A DNA stretch of 64,000 nucleotides. It comes from a virus. The stretch lies in the IMG/VR virus record IMGVR_UViG_3300017917_004503, positions 32,001 through 96,000 of that record; one strand, 5' to 3'. The translations under genes were made by a program, and so were the position numbers. The notes under the pieces are model-generated. The model was not told where the DNA came from. It ran no database searches and saw only the letters and a program-made list of their open reading frames with translations. Of this stretch, positions 29,619 through 38,012 are shown piece by piece; positions within the stretch are counted from its first letter, which is position 1, and every line of letters begins with the position of its first letter.

Positions 29619-30152
29619 ATGATTCCTCTTTATAAAAGATTGATAGTTGTTGGTAAAGGTGGTTCTGGAAAGGATTATCTTGTAAAACTTCTTAAGGATA
29701 ATGGATATACTTATTCTGTTTCTCATACCTCTAGACCTCCAAGAGAAAATGAAATTGATGGGGTTGATTATTACTTCATAGAAAAAAACATTGCTTTAGA
29801 AATGGCTAAAAAATCTCTTTTCTACGAGTGTGTTGAATTTAACGATTGGTTCTATGGTACATCTCTTGAAGAATTCAATAGAGCGAATCTTTTTATTATG
29901 ACACCATCAGGAATATCCAAATTAAAAGAGGAGGATAGAAAAGAATCTTTTATTATTTTTTTAGACATTGATGAAAAAATACTAACCTCTAGACTGATGA
30001 ACAGAAGAGATGCTGATAGTACAAATAGAAGGATACAAGCCGATAAAATAGATTTTGCTAGCTTTAATGATTTTGATTTGAGAATAACTAACCCAAATTT
30101 CACCATTAAAGATGTTTTAGAAGGCATAGATTCAGTTCATTTTGGAGTTTAA
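29619..30152 (+). CDS. gmk: Guanylate kinase-like
   Basis: GKGGSGKD, SHTSRPPRENEIDGVDYYF, WFYGTS. Confidence 0.88.
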   Translation: MIPLYKRLIVVGKGGSGKDYLVKLLKDNGYTYSVSHTSRPPRENEIDGVDYYFIEKNIALEMAKKSLFYECVEFNDWFYGTSLEEFNRANLFIMTPSGISKLKEEDRKESFIIFLDIDEKILTSRLMNRRDADSTNRRIQADKIDFASFNDFDLRITNPNFTIKDVLEGIDSVHFGV

Positions 30153-30213
30153 TGATAAGTATTGAATTTAGAAATTTTTTTCAATAGAAGCACTATAAAA
30201 TTGAAATACGATT

Positions 30214-31362
30214 ATGATTAATATTTTGGTTGATGGAAATTATATTTTCCATAAAACTTTCGGGGTTTTTGCAGGATATGGAAGTGTAGATCCAGGAAAG
30301 GTGTTAAAAAATAAATCAGATCAAGCAATGTTTATTAGAAAAGTTGCAACTGATCTTACATCTTCACTTCGTCTTTTACCTGGAGGCGGACGTTTAGTTT
30401 TTACATCTGACAGTAAAAGCTGGAGAAAGGATATAGAAATTGAGGACGGAGGATATAAATCAGGAAGAGTTAAAGATGAGAATGTAGACTGGAGCATTTT
30501 CTTCGATCTTATGCAATCATTCGGAACACATTTAGAAAAGATGGGATTTATTTTTTCTAAAGTTGAAGGTGCGGAAGGTGATGATTTGTTACTTTTTTGG
30601 TCTAATAAATTTGTAAGCATGGGTGAAAGCTGTATTATTATCAGCGGTGACAAAGACCTACATCAACTAGTTAAGATGTCTGGACCTGATGCTTGGACTT
30701 GTGTTTGGAATAACAATTCTAAGAAAAACACGCTCTCTGTACCTATGGGGTGGAAGGACAATTGGCTTAATGAAGCGAATCATTCTGAAGTTACTATTTT
30801 CAATATGGGATCTACTATATCCCCGGAGAAAGAGAGATTAAAGGATTTCATTAAAAAGGTTGAAGTTGAGGAGTTAGATTGTTTCCCTTTTGTCTTCAAT
30901 AAAATTTTGATAGGAGACAAAGGAGATTCAGTTCCAAGTGTTTGGGAGTATGAACAATCAGATAAGACTTACAGGTTTACACAATCTAAAGCAGATAAGA
31001 TTTTCGAACTTTTTAAAGAATCTGAGTTTAAATCTCTTGGGATCACTGAACTCTATGAAGATGATGATTTTCTTAATTGGATTTCTCCTTTGATATTAAA
31101 ACTTTCTAAAGGCGTAGATAGTACAGACAATCGCATCAAAGTGAAAAACAACTGGATCCGAAACCTTAAGCTGATGTGGTTAGATTCATCTATAATACCC
31201 GAAAGAGTATCTCTTTCTACAGAAATCGACATTGAAAGAGGCCTGAAGATGCCCAAAAAATCAGTAACCCTTGATAGAATTAAAATTCTGGAGGGGACAG
31301 ATTGGGTTAATAGTAATTATCAACCTAAAGGATTTGATCCTTTTGAAAATTTTTTAAAGTAA
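30214..31362 (+). CDS. 5'-3' exonuclease/T4 RNase H-like
   Basis: LVDGN, SWRK...YKSGR, AEGDD, ISGDKDLHQL, IGDKGDSVP. Confidence 0.88.
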   Translation: MINILVDGNYIFHKTFGVFAGYGSVDPGKVLKNKSDQAMFIRKVATDLTSSLRLLPGGGRLVFTSDSKSWRKDIEIEDGGYKSGRVKDENVDWSIFFDLMQSFGTHLEKMGFIFSKVEGAEGDDLLLFWSNKFVSMGESCIIISGDKDLHQLVKMSGPDAWTCVWNNNSKKNTLSVPMGWKDNWLNEANHSEVTIFNMGSTISPEKERLKDFIKKVEVEELDCFPFVFNKILIGDKGDSVPSVWEYEQSDKTYRFTQSKADKIFELFKESEFKSLGITELYEDDDFLNWISPLILKLSKGVDSTDNRIKVKNNWIRNLKLMWLDSSIIPERVSLSTEIDIERGLKMPKKSVTLDRIKILEGTDWVNSNYQPKGFDPFENFLK

Positions 31363-31368
31363 AAGAAA

Positions 31369-31800
31369 ATGCAACTTTTTGATATAGTCAAGCTTATTTT
31401 CACTAACAAAGAATCCGAATGGAAAACTGTTGGAAAAAACGATAAAACCCGAAATTTCTTTATGATTAATCGGATTATGTCAATAAACTTTCCAGTTCAG
31501 GCAAACCAATTTAATAAACTGAAAGTAATACCCTTTCCTGTAGTTGATTGGTGGCACGATACACTCCACACCAGATACACGAGATCACCTCAGTGGATTT
31601 ATACGCAAACTAAAAAATCTAATGATTCTTCAAAATCTGACGATAAGAAAAATTTCGAAGCAACAGAAGATTTTATTAGATCTAAGTACAATATCTCAAA
31701 AAAAGATTTACAGCAAATAAAGAAATTCTATCCAAAGAAGTATGAAAAATGGTTAAACGATGTTTCTGAACAGGTTGGACTACAAACAAAGAATATATAA
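31369..31800 (+). CDS. Clamp loader small subunit (gp62-like)
   Basis: LFDIV...FMINRIMS...ANQFN...W...KK...Y.IS pattern resembling gp62. Confidence 0.6.
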   Translation: MQLFDIVKLIFTNKESEWKTVGKNDKTRNFFMINRIMSINFPVQANQFNKLKVIPFPVVDWWHDTLHTRYTRSPQWIYTQTKKSNDSSKSDDKKNFEATEDFIRSKYNISKKDLQQIKKFYPKKYEKWLNDVSEQVGLQTKNI

Positions 31801-31803
31801 AAC

Positions 31804-32367
31804 ATGAAAAAGAATTCAACAGAGAATAAGTTAGTAGATAAGATTATATCCAGCTTGGATTGGGACTCTATACTCGAAGTTAATAAGTGCTTCAAGTTAG
31901 GTGTTGGTGAGGGTAGCTCTGTGATACCTGGTATTAAAAGAAAGGTTTTTAGTCCTTCATTGAATAAAAATGACATTAAATCTGAGCTTAAAACGCTTCT
32001 TAAATACGCCATAGAAAATGATATTGCAGAACTGTTTTATGGACCTTGGATGATATTTTGGTCTAATAGCGAATGGGTAAAAGTTGAATTCGATCAGATC
32101 GAAGACGATGATGAGGATGATTCTTTTTCCGATATAAACACAGAAATTGATCTTCTTCTAGATTCAACACTGGAAGTCATATATTCACCGCAAAGAATCA
32201 TGGTTTCTGGCAATTCGCCTCACCTAGAAGTTACTCAGGAGAATTCAGATACTGTTCAGCTGGAAAATATGTTAAAAAAAGCTTTAGCCTCTGAAAACTA
32301 TGAGGTAGCAAATAAAATAAAAGAAATCTTAGATCTCCAGAATATTGGTGGATCTAAAGATAAATAG
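31804..32367 (+). CDS. Hypothetical protein with C-terminal UVR (UvrB/C) motif
   Basis: LENMLKKALASENYEVANKIKE. Confidence 0.6.
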   Translation: MKKNSTENKLVDKIISSLDWDSILEVNKCFKLGVGEGSSVIPGIKRKVFSPSLNKNDIKSELKTLLKYAIENDIAELFYGPWMIFWSNSEWVKVEFDQIEDDDEDDSFSDINTEIDLLLDSTLEVIYSPQRIMVSGNSPHLEVTQENSDTVQLENMLKKALASENYEVANKIKEILDLQNIGGSKDK

Positions 32368-32371
32368 CTAG

Positions 32372-32848
32372 ATGAAACATATCAAAAGCATTTATGAGTT
32401 CGATACCGCATTTGGTGATACCTATGGGTATGGTGGGGCTAACGGAATTTTAAAAATCAACTATAAACCTTTTTCAGATCTTTCAGTTTCTGTTGGACAG
32501 GATCCCAATGTTGAAACTACCGTAAAAGGTTCCGAATTTCAGATTGGAGATGTTGTTGTAGCCCAACCTTTGCATTCGAAGAAAAAACTTACCGGCATTA
32601 TAGTTAGAGCATTTAGAGACCCTGATAACAGGGAATATAGATACTTTATCCAAGTTTACAATGTTGGAAAAAAAACAGAAAAGGTGATAGAGGTTAAAAG
32701 TGACTCCATAAAGTTTGCCGAAGGTGGTGATCACGGCCACATTGAGAAAGTCTCTAAATATAAGAATAACACCGTACCTGATAGTGCATATAATTCTAAA
32801 ACTGTTTACAATGCTTCCGAATTAGGTCTAGAAACGACCGGTGGGTAA
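32372..32848 (+). CDS. Putative internal virion protein with SH3/KOW-like domain
   Basis: Leader MKHIKSIYEF; FQIGDVV; GATAAATA at 32359. Confidence 0.5.
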   Translation: MKHIKSIYEFDTAFGDTYGYGGANGILKINYKPFSDLSVSVGQDPNVETTVKGSEFQIGDVVVAQPLHSKKKLTGIIVRAFRDPDNREYRYFIQVYNVGKKTEKVIEVKSDSIKFAEGGDHGHIEKVSKYKNNTVPDSAYNSKTVYNASELGLETTGG

Positions 32849-32893
32849 ACAGAAACTTAAAATAAACTTCCATGTATAATATAGAAAATTTCA

Positions 32894-33790
32894 ATGTTAT
32901 TCGGAAGTAATCCACCACAACTAACTTATATAGGACCGCATAGTGAAGATTCTTCTTGCACCAGAAATATTAATTCATATAGCGATTTACTAAAATTGGT
33001 TTACAATAATCTTTTGTTAAACCAAGAAATAGACATTGTAAACACCTGTATAGATTTTTCACTACTAACTTTTACCCAAAATTTTTTTGATGAATTTATT
33101 GATGAAGAGTCAGAAAATACGTCTCTAATTATTGATCAAATAAATTCACATGTTGCTAAAAATGGATCCAAAATATTCTTTTATTTACCTAAGGATCATT
33201 TTCTTGGAACACAGTTAGACACTGTTGAAAAAACTACAACTTCTCTTATAATAAAATTATCGGAGATACTGGAAACTATAGGAGTGAATTACCCTTCTAT
33301 TTTAATTAGAATAGGATCTGCTTATGGAAACAGAAAAAATACCATGAGTGTTTTTTGTGAAAGAGCTAATCTTTTAGGTAAATCTACACTATCTAGATTG
33401 TGTGTAATGAATGACGATAAACCTAGTTTATTTTCAGTAACAGATTTACTTTCTGGCGTTCACTATAAAACCGGGATTCCTATTTGTTTTAGGATACTAC
33501 CGCACCAATTTAATGATGGTGGGCTATCTATCAGAGAAGCAATGTTTCTTTCATGTTCTACGTGGAAATCTGAACATAAGCCTGTTTATATCCATTCCGA
33601 ATCCGTCTCTGTTGATGATTTTGGGTTTCCTACCGATCCCAAATGCTCAGATTATCTCAAACACAGAATACCTACTTTTGGCCTAGATCTCGATGTTATT
33701 GTAGATTCACCAGCTAAAGAAGATTCTTGTTTAAAATATAGAATGGATTGTAAATCACTTCCTCCTATAGTTATTAGCAAAAAACCATAA
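32894..33790 (+). CDS. uvsE: UvsE (UV damage endonuclease)-like protein with substituted metal ligands
   Basis: GSAYG, RL.V.NDDK.S.FSV.DL, GIPI.F, GGLS..EA, STW, SES, SDY, TFGLD.DV, AKE...LKYR scaffold of UvsE. Confidence 0.7.
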   Translation: MLFGSNPPQLTYIGPHSEDSSCTRNINSYSDLLKLVYNNLLLNQEIDIVNTCIDFSLLTFTQNFFDEFIDEESENTSLIIDQINSHVAKNGSKIFFYLPKDHFLGTQLDTVEKTTTSLIIKLSEILETIGVNYPSILIRIGSAYGNRKNTMSVFCERANLLGKSTLSRLCVMNDDKPSLFSVTDLLSGVHYKTGIPICFRILPHQFNDGGLSIREAMFLSCSTWKSEHKPVYIHSESVSVDDFGFPTDPKCSDYLKHRIPTFGLDLDVIVDSPAKEDSCLKYRMDCKSLPPIVISKKP

Positions 33791-33827
33791 TTTATCTCGA
33801 ATAAAGTATTTATATTTGTGAAAAATT

Positions 33828-34535
33828 ATGTTTACTAAAGATCTAATAAAAAAGTTTCTATATTTTGATGTGGAAACTGCTGGAATGTATCCAGATTTGG
33901 CTTCTCTTCACGATCAAGATCATCGGAGGTGGGAGCTTTGGCTTAAAAGAGAAAAATATTACAGAGGTTCTTATCCTGAATTAAGTGATGCTGACTCGGA
34001 AGAGATCTATAAGCAGAAGGCAGGACTGGAACCGGAATTCTCAAGAGTTGTATGTGTTTCGTTTGGGTCTTTTACCGAAGATGGTGAAATGAGATTCGCT
34101 TCCTTTTATGGACCAGATGAGAATGATAACCTTCAAAAAGCAGCCAAGGTTTTAAATAATGCAGCAGTCAAGGGGTGGAAATTATGTGGTCATAACATAA
34201 AAGGATTTGATGTTCCTTGCCTGGGTAAAAGGATGATTTATAATAATATAAACCCACCAATTAATATCAGAATCTGGGATAAAAAACCTTGGGAACTTCC
34301 TTATATAGATACGTCTGAGGTTTTTTCTTTTGGAAGCTGGGTTCAACAAAAATATCTGAGTTTGGATCTCCTCTCTTGCTCTTTGGGAATAGAATCTCCA
34401 AAAGAACTTATGGACGGGTCGATGGTTCATGCTAGATTTTGGTCAGATGTTGATTTAGAAACAGTTAAGAACTACTGCGAACTTGATGTTAAAACAGTTA
34501 TGCAAGTAATGGATAAGATCTGCTTTGAAAATTAA
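33828..34535 (+). CDS. DnaQ-like/PolB-related 3'-5' exonuclease
   Basis: YFDVET, PEFSRVVCVS, GHNIKGFDVP, YCELDV (DEDD); TATATTTG at 33811. Confidence 0.85.
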   Translation: MFTKDLIKKFLYFDVETAGMYPDLASLHDQDHRRWELWLKREKYYRGSYPELSDADSEEIYKQKAGLEPEFSRVVCVSFGSFTEDGEMRFASFYGPDENDNLQKAAKVLNNAAVKGWKLCGHNIKGFDVPCLGKRMIYNNINPPINIRIWDKKPWELPYIDTSEVFSFGSWVQQKYLSLDLLSCSLGIESPKELMDGSMVHARFWSDVDLETVKNYCELDVKTVMQVMDKICFEN

Positions 34536-34559
34536 CTAGAAACAAAATACGTCATAGAT

Positions 34560-34599
34560 AAAAGCTTTTTCTTGATATATAAGAGAAAAAGCTTTTTTT
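34560..34599 (+). terminator. Terminator hairpin whose loop contains a late promoter
   Basis: AAAAGCTTTTTCT-TGATATATAAG-AGAAAAAGCTTTT plus T tract. Confidence 0.65.
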
Positions 34600-35409
34600 G
34601 TGGGCAAAGTTTTACCTTATTCAATCTTCCGTTCATCTGAGAGAATTTTTGAAAAAAAAATTAGCAGCTTCTATAACGATCAGCTAAATCCTGTTTTTTG
34701 GTCTAAGAAAGAATCTAAGAATGGAGAAATAGAGTGGATCTTTGATGAGAGAATAAGGAAAAAGCTGTTGAGAATATCGTATGACTTCTTCAAAGAGTTT
34801 GAAGAAATTCTTAAAAAGAAGGATATTATAGACATTCAACTTTCAGGATCTCTAGCAAATTATAACTACACTAATCTATCAGATATTGATGTGCAGATAA
34901 TCGTTAGCACTAAAAACGTATCTGACGATTCTCCTGAAGTTGTTAAAGAAGCCTTAAATGGTATAAGATTTAAGTGGAATCTATCACATGACATTTCTAT
35001 AAGGGGTTACGATTTAGAAATGTATATACAAGAACCTGAAACCCCACATTTAGGATCAGGACTCTTCTCACTTCTCAATAATAAATGGATAAAAAATCCT
35101 CCGATTAATCCTCCGGAAGTAGATGAACTAGATGTTGAACAAAAGTATCAATCTATAGCTTACGAAGTTGACCAGCTTGAATCCAGATTGGTTTCTTTGT
35201 CTTCCGTTCCTAATAATGCAAAAGCTCTTTACAATAGAGCTAATATGCTAAAGAAAAGAATCACAAAGATGAGGAAAGAAGGATTATCTAAAAACGGAGA
35301 GTTTTCTGTTGGTAATCTAACCTATAAAAAGCTAAGGAATGAAGGATATATAGAAAAATTAATTCATTTGATTTCCAAATCATATGATAAGATCTACACA
35401 GAAAAATAA
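34600..35409 (+). CDS. Pol-beta-superfamily nucleotidyltransferase-like protein
   Basis: LSGSLANYNY...SDIDVQI and YDLEMYIQ (GS...DxD...E); RKEGL...GEFSVGNL.YK.LR. Confidence 0.7.
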   Translation: MGKVLPYSIFRSSERIFEKKISSFYNDQLNPVFWSKKESKNGEIEWIFDERIRKKLLRISYDFFKEFEEILKKKDIIDIQLSGSLANYNYTNLSDIDVQIIVSTKNVSDDSPEVVKEALNGIRFKWNLSHDISIRGYDLEMYIQEPETPHLGSGLFSLLNNKWIKNPPINPPEVDELDVEQKYQSIAYEVDQLESRLVSLSSVPNNAKALYNRANMLKKRITKMRKEGLSKNGEFSVGNLTYKKLRNEGYIEKLIHLISKSYDKIYTEK

Positions 35410-35415
35410 TCTATC

Positions 35416-37956
35416 ATGATAATATTTTTAGGAAAAAATTCAGTTTATAAAATCAACGACGATTTCCCTATTTTCAGAATACCTGTTGAAATGGAAGGTG
35501 CCGTTACCCAATCTTTATCGGATTTTCAATGGTGGGCATATTCTTCAGATTTTGAGAAGTGGCTGAAAGAAAATCCTAGAGAGTGGACAGCAGATTCGGA
35601 GGACATGAGCAAATATGGATCTCCACTAGACTTCATAAAAGAAAGTCTTAGATCCGAATTTATTTCTAATGATATAAAAGAGGGAGTTTTAGGTTTTGAT
35701 GATTATCACAATGATCTTTTACTTGAGCAAGATGAACAGAACGATGCCGGTCAGGCCATAAAATTTCATTATGCTTATAATAAATTATTAAGCGAGAATA
35801 AAATAGAAAAAGAATTTATTGTAGCTAATCAGAAACAGGGTGTAGAGAGAGCCGTATTTTTAACTCTCGATGATCCTGAAACCAAATCAGAGGTTTTTGA
35901 AACATTAACTGCTTATAAATTAACAGCCTTGCCAGTTTCTAGTAATTCTAAAATGGCTTTGTTTAAACTTTCTGAAACCTTACCAGGTGGACCTGTTCCT
36001 GACGATGAGACTAACGATGGATTGTTAAAAAGAGCTGCAGAAACAACATTTAAAGTAGCAGCTATTTCTGGTATAGGATTGGGAATTTATCAGATATTAT
36101 CTGTTGCTGGTAGTGTTTTTGTCGCTAGAAGAGCATATAAATATTTAGATAAGCTTTTGCCTTCTTCTAGAGTTACTCAACAAACTCAGCAAGCCTCTAA
36201 TGCTATCAGCTGGCTAACTAAGAGTAAAAACGCTGCTAAAGGATTCATAGGAAAAAGACTCAATCCTTTAAGATATGGTAAAGGAGTAAAACAAGCTGGT
36301 CAATTCTGGAAGGGTGTTGGCAAATCTTTGGAGAGAGGAGCTAGTGGTGCATATAAGACTGTAACTAAAGGTAAAGGTGGTGCAAGTGCTGCTGTAAAAG
36401 CTTTCGGTAAGGGAGCAGGGAGAGGTCTTTCAAAATTGACTGCAAAGGGAGCTGTTGATTGGATCCCTGTAATAGGATGGACACTAGCTGCAATTGATGT
36501 TGTTGGTTCTACTTGGAATTGGTTTAGTGACAAACAAGCTCCTAGATTTTCTGAAGTTGAATCTTTTGCAAAAGATCAGTTCTCTCCTAAATCTATTCCG
36601 ATTGGGATACCTATAACAATCTGCTGGTCTCAAGAAGCAGGTGGAGCCTGGGGTACTATAGTAAACTTTATTGCAAATAACGATACCAGAACAACAATGG
36701 AATTGGTAAAGGTGTCGGATATCAACGGAAAATCTATTTTCATCGTTACTCAAATAAATTCAAAAGAACTTGGTAAACAACTAGCTGAGCATGAATTGAC
36801 TCTTATTTCATTTGACAGTTCTGCTAATGTTAAAACCGGAGTACTTGATAATGACGATCTTGATTTTGAAATGGTTGCTATAGATGGTTTAAATAAAATA
36901 GCAAGTGTTTATAATTTTAAAGGCGTTTGTGACTGGACAGAAACGTACACTACATACGAGGCTTCATCAACCCAACTTTTCATAGCTGATCCAGGTGCTC
37001 CTAAGAAATATGAGTTTTATTTTGAAGATTCAGAAGGTGAGGTTATAAATGTTTCGGGAGATTTAATAGACGATGACCAATTGGAGAAATTATCTGATTC
37101 GGATTTGTTAAAACACTTCGGTACAACAGCATCCGCTCAAAACGAAAGCGAAACCGTATCATGGAACAGAGACATACTTGAATCTGAAAAGATTCTAAAT
37201 TTCGAAAACTTTGTTTCATCCACATCTCTAGTTAAGGAGGAAGATGAAGCTGCTAAAGATTCTGATGTTGATTATGATTTAAAGCCTTCACAAAAAACTG
37301 CACCGGTTAAGGTTGCAATTTATAAAGTAACAGAGAGAGAATATGCTAATCCTGAACTAAGAGGAAAGTATGAAACTGGGGATTTCCAAAGTTTTGTTGT
37401 TGATCAAGAATATTGGGATGCAAGTGAAGGTAGTAAAATTGAAGTTGAAATAAATACCCCAGAAATACTAGAAGATACAATTAGAGGTATTTATACGTAT
37501 AAATCTGAGGGAAAGAGAAAAGAAGTTAAAGACGAAGAACCTACTGAGGTGAAGACCGCCACCAAGAAAGAGGGAGCAGAAAGAGATGATGATAGTGAAA
37601 AGGGTAAGAAGTTACCTGATGATTATTACATCGTTGCAAACCCAGATGATATATCAATTAAACAAAGAGAAAGATCTACAACCATAAGAGATACTAATTA
37701 TAGTGGTGGATTGAATCTTTTTGATAAGTTCCTAACTCCTAGACAAAAAGAAATATTGGGAGTCGATAAATGGAAGACGATAACATTTGCAAAAGAATTT
37801 TATGATAAAAGAGGTGATATTATAGAGGTTAAGCTCAAGAATAAATATGCTCCTTTTGGAGAGAAGAGTAGAAAGTATAGAGTTACTGATGGTGAATCTT
37901 TTGAAATAGCTAAAAAGTTCGTTGAAGAGACCAAAGACAGAATTAAATATGAATAA
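35416..37956 (+). CDS. Large putative internal virion/ejection protein with hydrophobic hairpins
   Basis: GATATATA at 35345; leader-like motifs VLGFDDY..LLLE and ILNFENF..LVKE; Gly/Ala/Lys-rich central region. Confidence 0.5.
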   Translation: MIIFLGKNSVYKINDDFPIFRIPVEMEGAVTQSLSDFQWWAYSSDFEKWLKENPREWTADSEDMSKYGSPLDFIKESLRSEFISNDIKEGVLGFDDYHNDLLLEQDEQNDAGQAIKFHYAYNKLLSENKIEKEFIVANQKQGVERAVFLTLDDPETKSEVFETLTAYKLTALPVSSNSKMALFKLSETLPGGPVPDDETNDGLLKRAAETTFKVAAISGIGLGIYQILSVAGSVFVARRAYKYLDKLLPSSRVTQQTQQASNAISWLTKSKNAAKGFIGKRLNPLRYGKGVKQAGQFWKGVGKSLERGASGAYKTVTKGKGGASAAVKAFGKGAGRGLSKLTAKGAVDWIPVIGWTLAAIDVVGSTWNWFSDKQAPRFSEVESFAKDQFSPKSIPIGIPITICWSQEAGGAWGTIVNFIANNDTRTTMELVKVSDINGKSIFIVTQINSKELGKQLAEHELTLISFDSSANVKTGVLDNDDLDFEMVAIDGLNKIASVYNFKGVCDWTETYTTYEASSTQLFIADPGAPKKYEFYFEDSEGEVINVSGDLIDDDQLEKLSDSDLLKHFGTTASAQNESETVSWNRDILESEKILNFENFVSSTSLVKEEDEAAKDSDVDYDLKPSQKTAPVKVAIYKVTEREYANPELRGKYETGDFQSFVVDQEYWDASEGSKIEVEINTPEILEDTIRGIYTYKSEGKRKEVKDEEPTEVKTATKKEGAERDDDSEKGKKLPDDYYIVANPDDISIKQRERSTTIRDTNYSGGLNLFDKFLTPRQKEILGVDKWKTITFAKEFYDKRGDIIEVKLKNKYAPFGEKSRKYRVTDGESFEIAKKFVEETKDRIKYE

Positions 37957-38012
37957 TCAAAAAAATTCAAATTTTAATTGATATATAAGAAATAATAAAA
38001 AGTAGTATAAAA

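Noticed and set aside
34539-34564. Additional GAAAC middle promoter
   Set aside because: Spacer to the nearest TAAAA is 15 nt, outside the 17-18 nt seen at the other sites
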